In this document: in pieces, positions 46,999-59,694 of the stretch
How positions within the stretch are numbered: position 1 is the stretch's first letter
How the letters are laid out: each line of letters opens with the position of its first letter
From: Azolla caroliniana
Lineage: Eukaryota > Plantae > Polypodiophyta
Reading direction: 5' to 3'
Assembly (NCBI GenBank): GCA_043228905.1
Contig: JBHGNT010000002.1
Coordinates: 24,676,001 to 24,740,000 of the forward strand
DNA length: 64,000 nt
Notes under the pieces: model-generated
Seen by the model: the letters and a program-made list of their open reading frames with translations, nothing else
Database searches by the model: none
Told to the model about the DNA's origin: nothing
Translations under genes and position numbers: made by a program

Positions 46999-49728
46999 AT
47001 GGAAGAACCGGACATCGCCACGATTGAACACACACCTCTCATAGGCCCCTCGTTTGATAAAGAGAAAATGCAAGATAAATACGACCCAGGCAGTCAGAGT
47101 GTTGTTGAGATTATTTTCACTAGAGAAGAAATGTTACTATTGGAGCAACATATAGATCGTCTTGAGCAAATAACAGTCATATGTCGCGTGGTGGGCTCCT
47201 GCCCAAATAGAGGCTTACTACCATTCAGAAGTAGGTGGAATAAAGGAACACTCGTTAGGATGGGTTTTCCAAGTAATTGGATACGAGGAGTTTCAACATT
47301 ATATCGTAATGCAAGTAGTTCTCTATTATTTGCAGGGGACATTGGTAGGCGTTTTTTTATTTCAAGATCTGTACGCCAGGGATGTCACCTTGCTCCTTTC
47401 CTGTTTTTGTTAGTATCTGAAGCATTCTCTGTACATTTAAATTCTCCATATGTAAATATTAAAGGTTTAGCACTACCAGTAGCAAACGCAAATGTGGATT
47501 GTGAATTCGCTGATGATACAGCTTTATATGTTCAGGCCTCACATGGTAATTTGTTTCATGTGCAAAAGGCTGTGGATGATTTCTCAGATACATCGGGTGC
47601 ATTGATAAATTGGGATAAGTCATCAGGTTTTTGGGTCGCTTCGGGAGATCCGCCAGTTAATGTACCCTCTTTAGGATTCACATGGATACCTCAAGGTCAG
47701 TCCATTAGGTATTTAGGTTGTCGAGTGGGTGTGGGATTAAAGTCAGAAGATATGATTGCACCCTTATTGTTAAGATTAAGAAATAAATTAGTATATTGGA
47801 ATAAAGAAAAATTATCTTTAGCAGGACGTGTAGTTGTAGCTAATGCGGTGTTGTTGTCCTCGATTTGGTATATAGCATCTACATGGCTGTTTTCTAGGTC
47901 AATAATGTTGAAAGTTCAACGTTTAGTACGGAATTTTATTTGGGGGAACAATAGGTCAGTCAATCCTGTAGCAAAGGTAGCTTGGTCTATTCTGATACAA
48001 CCTAAACAAAACGGTGGTTTAGGTTTGATTGATCCATTTATGCAAAGCAAAGCTTTACTGACTAAACATGTTGTTAGGAGTTTATTGCCAGGACAGGAGT
48101 TATGGAAAAAGCTATGGATGCAACATCTATATAAGGTCAAGCCTTCGGTAGGTGGTCAATGGAAGGATAGTCTTAGATGGTTCTTTAATGCAGATTTCCA
48201 GCTACCTAAGTCCAATGATGGATCATTGCGTTTCTTCAATGGAATTTTTAGGGCATGGGAAACTCTTCGGCAAGCGCTTGTTTTCTTGCCACCAAAAAGC
48301 TATCATCAATTTATGCGTCAACCATTGATATGGAAGCCTTTATTTACTGATGACGCTGCATGTGTTTTGGGTTTACGCCCTAGGTTATCATGGGCTGCAA
48401 TGGATAGTGGACCAGCTTGTACGGTTGCGGATTGGATAAGGTTTATGCAGTCCTCTACGCTAGAGCAAAGTAATAGGTTATCTAACTTAAGAGGGGCTAA
48501 GATCATGTTATCACAATTATCCAGGGTGTATCAGGTCACAGTGCCTACATTGCAATTCAATCATTTTCAGAATTGGTACGGTATGTTCTCGACACTCAAT
48601 ATACTTATAGGAGCTCGGTTATATGATCTAAATGGTAGCATTTATTTTTATGAAGTGTTGGACAATGGTAGGTTGATACTAGTGGATGAGGAGTCTCAAA
48701 TCATGTTGACTGCGAAGCAATTGCCAGTGCGAGTAATTGCTAGATTAGATAAAAATATATATATCGATCCTAGTCCACTAATAGTTAATTTTTCATCTCA
48801 TATTTCGGTGTTAGACTCTAAACCTATTGATGACCTGCAGTGGGATCCAGCGGATTATGGTTGGAAATAATCCATATCTGACTCTTCGACTAAGCTCCTT
48901 CCTTTTTTCAAATATTCAGTAGTGTTTGGCAGGAATTTTATGTTGAGGCAGACCTAGCCGATACCTGCTGGAAAAAAGTATTGGGAGGAAGGTAATGTTT
49001 CATCTACTCATATGGTTATGTTTTGGAAACAGTTTTGGTCTATTAAATGCATGAATAAGATATTGCATTTTCAGTGGTTGATGATTCATTATGCATTGCC
49101 AATAGGTCATTTATTGAGGGGATCGGTGAGTAATCGGTCATGTATTATGTGTGGGTTTGTGGATGAGACATTGCATCATGCATTTTGGGAATGTGTTTCC
49201 GCAAAAAGTTTTTGGTGTCGAATTCTTAGGCTTCTAGGTCGTAAGTATAGGTCTGCTATTTTTACGTGCGGTGCAGTCTTTTGGGGAATGTTGGATCAAC
49301 AAAGGGCTTTTTATCATTATAATCATTCTTCATTGTCTTTATATGTAAGAAGTTTTCAGGTATATTCTACTTCAAGATCCTTGCAAGGAGTCAAGTTCTT
49401 CTCGCGGAGTTATGTTTGGCAGATTGTCTCCTCGTTGTCTCTATGGGTTCTTTGGAAAGCTAGGTGCTCCAAGTTATACAATGATGAAGACATTCACGTT
49501 GCGGATCAGGTAAAGTCTTTTTGGAATTTATTAGTACATTCGGTTAAAGGTGAGTATGACAGGTATAAAGGCTATGGAAACACAACCATTCGAAAAAGAA
49601 AGAGATTACGACGAGTTTGGTCAACTATTCCTATAATGTTAGATGCAGGCACGAAGGTTAGGTGGAATTATGTGCCACCTCGTTGGTTGTTCCTGCCACC
49701 AGTACCATTCTTATGGCGAACAACATGA
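46999..49728 (+). pseudogene. L1 ORF1/ORF2 fusion remnant (RT C-terminal half plus zf-RVT), with two in-frame stops near 48870-48960
   Basis: ORFs 46999-48870 and 49012-49728 are in the same frame; no endonuclease domain. Confidence 0.85.
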
Positions 49729-49899
49729 GATAACAGGGAGGAGACGGTGGTGGCATGTAGGAAGCTTATTTTAATGTAGGTAAGATATACATATGCTAGA
49801 AGAAGATATGAGGAAATGGGATGATGTTCTGGATGCTGAATCAGACTAGTATAAGAAGATTTTAGTGGTATGAGGCAGATTTCGTGTGATAATCAGAGA

Positions 49900-50990
49900 C
49901 ATCGACATGGTGAATGTGGACAGGTTGAAATAGGTTTAAGTTGTTTTGTGATTAGGATGACTGATGTTGGTGGGGGTTGTCGAAGATTACTAGGAGAAGG
50001 TGAGGATTTCTGTTTGTTTTCTACTCGTTTGTTGGTTGTTAGTGTAACAGGATTGTCGAATCGGAGATAGCGAATGGTAGATGGGGACATGACGAAGCCG
50101 TTTTTCTGTTTTTTGTGGTTAGGATGAGTGATGTTGGAGTGGGGGCTGAAGTAGATTATTATGAGAAGGCGAGGAATGGTTTTCGCTCATTTTTTGTTGT
50201 GATTACAGGGCCGCGTTAATCGGTGAGATGGAATAGGGGAAGCAAGATACCCCAGATATGGGCTGACTTAAGACAGATATTATGGTTCTTATAGGTTGCG
50301 GGATGATGGCAGTGGGATTTGAAGCAACTTTGTCATGTTGTGAGGATGAGTGGTGTTGGTGCGAGGGCTGAAGCAGATCAGGAGGGGAGAGGAATCATTG
50401 TTCACTTATTTTGTTGTTAATTGCACAGGATATTGGCGGTACTCGGCGAGATGGTGGATGTGGATTGATTGAAGCAATTTGTTTGTTTTTAGGAGTGATG
50501 ATGGTGGGGGGGACAGAATCAAATCATGAGGGGATGAGGAACCATTATTCACTTGTTTTTGTTGTTATTTGTATAGGTCAGAGGTGGTATTCGGCGAGAT
50601 GGCGGATGTGGTTTGATTGAAGCAATTTCTCTGTTTTTAGGAGTGACGATGGTGCGGGGGAACGAAGCAAATCATGAGGGAATGAGGAACAATTTCTCAT
50701 TTTTGTTATCAATTCATTGCACAGGACATTGGTGGTATTCGGCGAGATGGTGGATGTGGACTAAAGGAAGCAATGTGTCTTTTTTAGGAGTGATGATGGT
50801 GGGGGGGATCGAAGCAGCTCATGAGGGGATGAGGAATTTTTTTACTTATTTTTTTGTTAATTCCACAGGACATTGGTGGCATTCGGCGAGATGGTGGAGG
50901 TGGATTGAATGAAGCAATTTGGTTGTTTTTAGGAGTGATGATGGTGAGGGGGCCGAAGCACATCATGAATGGAGAGTGAATAAGTTGTGG
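49900..50990. repeat. Degenerate minisatellite with a unit of about 148 bp (4-5 good copies plus decayed ones)
   Basis: The motif gaagcaat...tttttaggagtgatgatggtg...catgaggggatgaggaa...ttcggcgagatgg recurs at about 50321, 50471, 50619, 50767 and 50911. Confidence 0.88.
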
Positions 50991-51445
50991 GGATCGAAGC
51001 AAATGGCGTGAGAGGTAGAGATTAGTATAGTACATTTCATTTTCATGGTCAGTTTTTTTCTCCCCAACAATTTTTACAAATGCTGGAATCAGTTCAGATC
51101 TCTTTGCAACTGTTTCTGTTGGGATGGTGAATCTTCTTACAGCTCCACACCTGACACATATGATTGGAAAGACGGAGGACATGGAATATCATGGGAAATA
51201 TAAGTTTTCTATGGAGTTCTGTTCTAAGAGCCTGAAATTTTGTTTTCTGTAGCAGATCACTGCAATCAATGCTGTGTTTTATGGCTGTTTTTTCTCGGAC
51301 CCAACAGTTTTTACAAATGCTAGAATCAGTTCAGATATACTGGTGGAGATGAAACAATATTATGTACTATTTGTATACTGCCTCCGGGCTTTTTATTAAT
51401 ACCAATGGAGCATATGTTTTATGGTAAAATAAATAAATAAATAAA

Positions 51446-53148
51446 GGAAGTCCAAATGCTTGGTAAAGGTTTCTATCAAATCGTCCTTGAGGACAAGGAT
51501 GTTGCAGCGAAACTCATAGCAATGTCTCCTTGCCAGATTTGAAACACATGGTTGTTCATGCGTAAATGGACACATGGTTTTAACCCAGAGAAGGCTGCGC
51601 AACACGACTACTCCATGAAAAAGGTAACAATGTTGTTTCCTGGTTTATCCTTAGAATACAACATGTTACTTCCTACTATTGGAAACTCCTTTGGTATGAT
51701 GTTGGACGAGGACCTAACACTAGTAGACAGGCTAAAGAAGCAACTAGGCCCTCCCTCTATACGCCATTTGGTGCCGGACATTGACAAATTTCCTTCCAAG
51801 GTCCTCATTCCTGGAAAAAAAGGAATGTGGATTGAACAACGCATAGAAGTGATTGGTGCACCGGTTTAGGGTTTGTTTTGCTTGCAAAAAATTTGGGCAT
51901 TTAAAAAAGAACTGCCCCATGAGAGGCACTAAAGATCTAGCCAAGGAGACCCGAGAAGGTCATGACACCATAGGCCATGAGAAGCCCCCCCCACCACGAC
52001 CCATTAAGGCTGTGATGGAATGGCGAGTGGTGGGGAAAACCCATGTCCTATGTAAAATTGCACAGTCACAACATCCTTCATCGCCAGCAAGCCCGAATTG
52101 CTTTAATCTACTACGAGAGCTCCTCCCCATAGATGAACACTCCCCTAGTTCTTTCTTAAGCCCCAAGGAAAGGCCCAAGGTGACTCCAAACACACAAGAG
52201 AAAATCCTCGTTAAAGCTTACAAAATAGGGAAGCGGCGAAGGATAAGTTATGTTAAGACCCTAATGCGGAGCTTTAACGGAACTGCACCCAATGGAGAAA
52301 CAACAAACCAAGGCAGTAATTTGAACATCACGCCTCAGAACATAGCCTTCCCAGACATAAATGAGTGTGATACATCTAGCCAGGACCTTGAAGCACACCT
52401 ACAAAATGCCCTGAAATGGCTAGAGATAGGTCATACGATAGTGGACAAACTAAGGGTACATGTATTGGCGGTTCACAAGAATGGAGTACCGACGACCTCA
52501 AATTCTTTTCCAGTCTTGCTTCCGGCACAAGAGGACTGGTCCAAGTCCAAGATCAAAGATACCCTATGCAGTCAAGCAGCCTGTTTTGTAACTAACATAA
52601 GAGATGACACCCTCATGAATGAACTAAAGAAGCATTGGAATAACACAGAATTCTAGTGCACCATAGATGAAGAGGAACCTCATCTCTGCCACATCCACCT
52701 GCGGACTATCATAGACACCCGACTAACTCCAGGCTTCTTTTATTTCTATGAGAAGCAGGAAGGGACAATTGAAGCTCATCGGATAGCCCACAAACTCCAC
52801 TCTTGGATTTGGACCAACATTCCATCCCTGGAAATGACTGGATGTCTAAATGGTGAGTGCTCCCCACTCACGACCTGTTGTGCAAAGCACCAGGAACAAC
52901 TGGCAATCTCCCACCCCATTCCATGAGTATGAAGATTGTAACATGGAACGTGCAAGGACTTAGAAGTCGACTAGACTAGAAAAACAGATGGAAACTGAGA
53001 AGGGACCTTGAGGAATATTTATTAGGGAGTGTTGTAGGAACACCACCTCAATAGCACACAGTCCAAGGAAGTAGGAGACCTTCTACCAGGATCATGGCGA
53101 AAAATTTGGGAGCCAACAATAGGGGAGGATGGAAATCATGGTGGTATT
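51446..53148 (+). mobile_element. Decayed L1-type LINE: ORF1 (5'-truncated) and start of the ORF2 endonuclease, interrupted by Copia E
   Basis: EVQMLGKGFYQI and WLFMRKWTHGFNP (DUF4283-like); CFACKKFGHLKKNC knuckle; MKIVTWNVQGL at 52929. Confidence 0.88.
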
Positions 53149-53421
53149 TGTTGAAAAACAGTGCTCGGCCACAACCGAGGAATAGGTTCAACTTTCAGAA
53201 AACAGGAAGTACAAAATGCACGAAGTACAATAGAGAGAAGAGTACACGGGATGTTTTACGTGGAAAACCCTAAATGGGGAAAAACCACGGGAGTCCTCAA
53301 ACTCCAACTATCACTATAAACAGAGATGTACAATGGTGAAGCTACAAGGCAACAACCTTGAGCTCACTGTCTTCGCCACAGGCGGCGGTAATACACAGAG
53401 GCAACGACCTCTTCGTCTTTC

Positions 53422-53455
<34 letters not shown>

Positions 53456-53640
53456 CTGCTCTCTTCACTCTCTCTAAGTGGAAAACAGAAAAAATGAGCA
53501 ACAACAACAAAACTGTTTGCCCTAAGTCATATTTATACACATATGACTTTCGGGCTATTTACAAATATAGCCTCAAGGGCCCTTGGCAAACATATTCACA
53601 AATATGTCCCCGCATCCGGATCTCTCTCCGGGTACATTCA

Positions 53641-53798
53641 TCATCCGGCTCCGTAGCCGGGGTCTTCGTCATCCGGCTCCGTAACCGGGGTCTTCATCAT
53701 CCGGCTCCGTAACCGGGGTCTTCATCATCCGGCTCCGTAGCCGGGTCTTCGTCATCCGGCTCCGTAACCGGGGTCTTCATCATCCGGCTCCGTAACCG
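53641..53798. repeat. 28-bp tandem repeat, about 5.7 copies, in U3 of the E LTR
   Basis: Unit tcatccggctccgtaaccggggtcttca. Confidence 0.93.
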
Positions 53799-53870
53799 CA
53801 ACCAGGCCTGCCGTCATTCATCTCCGGACATCCCATCCGGAGGGACCGAAAATCCCAACAAACTCCCCCT

Positions 53871-56800
53871 TCACTTCGGCATGGGATGTCTCTCCAATCT
53901 GATCCTCTTCCGGCATGCTTCCAGCTTGTCGGGTGTAAGTACCTTGGTCATCATATCAGACCCGTTCTCGTCCGTGTGGATCTTCGTCAGCACGAACTCC
54001 TTGTCTTCTATCCTTTCCCGGATCCAGTGGTATCTACGCTGGATGTGCTTCTTCCGGGAGTGATAGGCCACATTCTTCGCAAGGTGGATGACACTCTGAC
54101 TGTCGCAGTAGAGTCGGTACTCCTCCTGCCGGATACCGAGCTCTCTAATGAAGTCCTTCATCCATATTATTTCCTTGCCGGCTTCAACAGCCGCCATGTA
54201 CTCCGCCTCCGTGGTTGACAACGCAACCGTCTTCTGCAGCCTCGACTGCCACGAAACAGCTCCCCCTGCATACGTCATCACATACCCGGATGTGGACCGG
54301 CTGGTATCTGCATCAGCCGACATATCCGAATCGGTAAAGCCGTCGAGTTCGGGCTTACCGGAGCCGAATCGGAGGCATACGTTTGCCGTGCCCTTTAGGT
54401 ATCGGAGTATCCACTTGGCCGCGTTCCAATGCTCTTTGCCGGGATTGCTCATGTACCGGCTCACCACTCCGACTGCATATCCTATGTCCGGTCTTGTACA
54501 CACCATTGCGTACATCAAGCTTCCGACGGCAGAGGCATATGGTACTTTCATCATGTCCTCTTTCTCATCCTTTGTCTTGGGGCTTTGCTTGCTGGACAGC
54601 TTGCAGTTTGCCGGGAGGGTTGATCCGACCGGTCTTGCTTCCGACATGTTGAACCGGTGAAGCACCTTTGTTACGTACTTCTCCTGTGACAGCCACAACT
54701 GCTTCTTGCTCCGGTCCCGGATGATGTGCATCCCTAGTATTTGTCTCGCCGGACCCAAGTCCTTCATTGAGAAGGTTCGGTGAAGAGCCTTCTTCAGCAT
54801 CCGTATCTTGACCTGGTCCCGTCCGACGATCAACATGTCGTCCACGTACAGGAGGAGTATTAGAAAGTCTCCTCCTTCGAACTTCTTCACAAACACGCAG
54901 TGGTCGGACTGCGTTTTGCGGTACCCTTCGTCGGTCATGAAAGAGTCGAACTTCCGGTACCATTGCCGGGGAGCCTGCTTCAGTCCGTAAAGGCTCTTCT
55001 TCAACCGGCATACCAGGTGCTCCTTCCCTTTCTTCTCGAATCCTTCCGGTTGCTGCATGTAGATCTCTTCTTCGAGGTCACCGTGAAGGAATGCCGTCTT
55101 CACGTCCATCTGTTCTACCTCGAGGTCCATGCTTGTCGCTATGCTCAGCACCGTTCGGATGGAGGTCATCTTCACTACCGGGGCAAATATCTCGTCGAAG
55201 TCGACGCCCTTCTTCTGCTGAAACCCCTTCACCACGATCCTGGCTTTGTATCTCGGGGGGTTTCCGGCATCTCCCGGTTTCAGCTTGAACACCCACTTGT
55301 TTCGTAGTGCCCGCTTTCCTTTCGGCAACACCACAAGTTCATATGTGTGGTTCTCATGCAGGGAATCCATCTCGTCCTGCATGGCACTCAACCACCTGCG
55401 GCTCTGGGTGTCATGCTTTGCTTCTTCAAAGCTCTCCGGCTCCCCCTCGTCGGTTAGCAACACGTGCTCTGGTTCCGGAAATCTCCGGGGGGCCCTTCTC
55501 TCTCTTAGAGGATATCTCCGTTCCAGAGCTTCGGTAACCGGTTCTTCCGATTCTTCTTCATCCGAATCCATTTCGGGATCGGGGCCGGTTCCGGTATCAT
55601 TTTCATCTTCTTCGGCCGGTTCTGTTTCTTCACCGTCTTCGGCCGGATCCTCGAGTGCTAACCGGTCCCTTGCCGGTCGGGACTGCTCCTCGTAGAGTTG
55701 ATTCTCACCGGTCGACTTGGAGCTCTTCATCTTCTTCTCCGACTCCCAGTCGGCGAGTGTCTTGTCCTCCATGAAGATGATATCACGACTCCTGAATATC
55801 TTCTTGTCGACCGGGTCCCATACTCGGTAGCCGAACTCGTCGTCGCCGTAACCGAGGAATATGCATGGCCGGGTCTTTGGATCTAGCTTTCCTCTCCGGT
55901 CCTTTGCCACATGCACATATGCGAGACACCCGAACACCTTCAGATGCCGGTAGGACACTTCCTTACTGGTCCACACTTTTTGCGGCGTGTCTCCGTCCAA
56001 AGGTACTGAGGGTGATCTGTTTATCACGAATGTCGCCGTCGACATTGCCTCAGCCCAGAACCCCTTGGGTAATTTCGCATGCGCCAGCATACTCCGGACC
56101 CTCTCCATTATGGTCCGGTTCATCCTCTCGGCTAGCCCGTTCAGTTCCGGCGTCTTCGGCACAGTAAACTCGAGTCGGATTCCCTTCGAGCGACAGTACT
56201 CCTGGAACTGCCCCCGGTATTCCCCTCCGTTATCCGCTCGTATCGCTTTCAGCTTCTTGCCGGATTCCCTTTCCACTCTCGCGTGGAGTTCTTTGAAGAC
56301 GCCCAACACTTGGTCCTTTGTCTTCAACGGTGCCGTCCACAGCTTCCGGCTGTGGTCATCAATGAATGTCACGAAGTACTGGGCTCCGCCATGTGACTTC
56401 GTTTCTACTTGACACACGTCAGTGTGCACCAGCTCCAATGGTGCACTACGTCTTGTCGGTGCCCTTGAGTGGAAGGAGGTCCGGTTTTACTTACCGGCCA
56501 GGCAGTCGGTGCACTTCTCCAGGTGCACATGCTTCACTGGAATAAGGTTGTCTTCTGCAAGCCTCTTCATCCCCTTCTCACTCATGTGGCACAGTCTCTT
56601 GTGCCACAGCTCACCGGCAGTGTCGGCTGCCACGTTCAGCTCCTCCGGACATAGCCGGGAATTCATCAGGTATAGTGTGTTGACCTTCCGGGCCCGAGCC
56701 ACTATCAAGCTCCCCTTGCTGAACTTCATTACGCCGTTCCGGATGCTACCTGTGTAGCCTTCATCGTCTAGCCTCCCGGCCGAAATCAAGTTCAATCGAA

Positions 56801-57944
56801 CCTCCGGAACGTGTCGAACATCCTTCAGCAGCATTTTGCATCCGGTTGATGTCATCAGCCACACGTCTCCTATGCCGGCAATCCGGCACGTACCTTCATT
56901 TCCCATCCGGACACAGCCATGCTCACCGGCTGTGTAGGATGAGAAGTATCTTCTCTCCGGGGTCAGGTGGAACGATGCTCCGGAATCGACCACCCAGGTC
57001 GTCTCATCGCCGGCAACGTTTAGTTCACCTTCTTCGGTGATGAGCATGATTTCTTCCTCACTTGCCGCGAGTGCCGTTGTTCCTTTCCGGTCCTGCCCTC
57101 GCCGATCCGAACCTCTCCGGTCCGTGGCTCCCCGGTATGCACCGTTTCTCTCCGGTGACTTCTTCGAATCGGTGTCGACGGCTCCGTTGTCTTTTCGGTA
57201 ATGCCGACAATTCTTTCGGAAGTGCCCCGGTTTCCCACAGTGGAAGCATGTGGGCCTTCCTCTTGACTGCGACCGGGTCCCCGACTTCTCCCGTCTTTGC
57301 GGACTCCGGTTCCATTGTCTTCCCCGATCCGATTCGGTAAGCAGCGCCTTCGGGTCGGAGGCCGGTTCTTTATCTCTCCGACGCGCTTCTTCGTTCAAAA
57401 TACTTGTCTTTACCGTTTGCAAGGACAAGTTATCTTCTGTGCAGGAGGTGCTGAGAGTCACCACCAAGTTCTCCCAGCTTTCCGGCAATGTACACATCAG
57501 GATGATGGCTTGCATTGCATCCTCCAACGGGAACTTGATCGCCGCAAGCTGATTCACGAATCCCATGAACGTGCTTACGTGTTCCACCATACTCTCGCCG
57601 TCCCGGTACTTGAGATTCACTATCTTCCTCATCAAGGAGGTCCGGTTCAACGCATTCTTCCTCTCATAGAGGCCCGACAGCTTCCGCCACATCTCATATG
57701 CGTTGGTGTCGTTCGCCACATGTTGTAGAACGCTCACGTCGACGTATTGCCGAATGGTTGCAACGGCTTTCCGGTTCAGAAGCCTCCATTCCGTCTCAAG
57801 TACCCCCTTGGGTATTTCCGACCTGTCGATCGGTTCATACAGGTCCCAAACAATGAGCAGGTCCTCCATCTTTATCTTCCAGTCGGCGTAGTTCTGCGCA
57901 TTCAGCACCATCATCCCCGGCTGCCCGCTGCTGCCGCCTTCCAT
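53871..57944 (-). pseudogene. Copia E gag-pol polyprotein (1357 codons) with a single internal TAA at 56487-56489
   Basis: ORFs 56487-57944 and 53871-56438 share one frame; CFHCGKPGHFRKNC, WVVDSGASFH, WHKRLCH, HTDVC, ADNGGEY, LYVDDML and STTEAEY are all present. Confidence 0.95.
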
Positions 57945-57951
57945 TTTCTGA

Positions 57952-58051
57952 NNNNNNNNNNNNNNNNNNNNNNNNNNNNNNNNNNNNNNNNNNNNNNNNN
58001 NNNNNNNNNNNNNNNNNNNNNNNNNNNNNNNNNNNNNNNNNNNNNNNNNNN
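57952..58051. other. Assembly gap (100 N, true size unknown)
   Basis: Run of exactly 100 N. Confidence 1.
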
Positions 58052-58089
58052 AAACCAATTCGGCTAATAAACTAATTGATTATCAATCG

Positions 58090-59694
<1,605 letters not shown>

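Larger units (their letters stand above)
46757..51445 (+). mobile_element. Internally deleted L1-type LINE with a long repeat-containing 3' region and (TAAA)n tail
   Basis: C-rich 5' leader; ORF 46999-48870 (ORF1 N-terminus joined to RT with SVRQGC, FADD and YLG); zf-RVT in 49012-49728 ending RWNYVPPRWLF; tail at 51426-51445. No TSD found, so the ends are approximate. Confidence 0.82.
53149..57951 (-). mobile_element. Ty1/Copia LTR retrotransposon E; 5' LTR lost in the assembly gap
   Basis: 3' LTR at 53149-53860 (TG...CA, 712 bp), PPT at 53861-53870, continuous gag-pol; the TSD should be GTATT (53144-53148) but the second copy is not visible. Confidence 0.95.
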
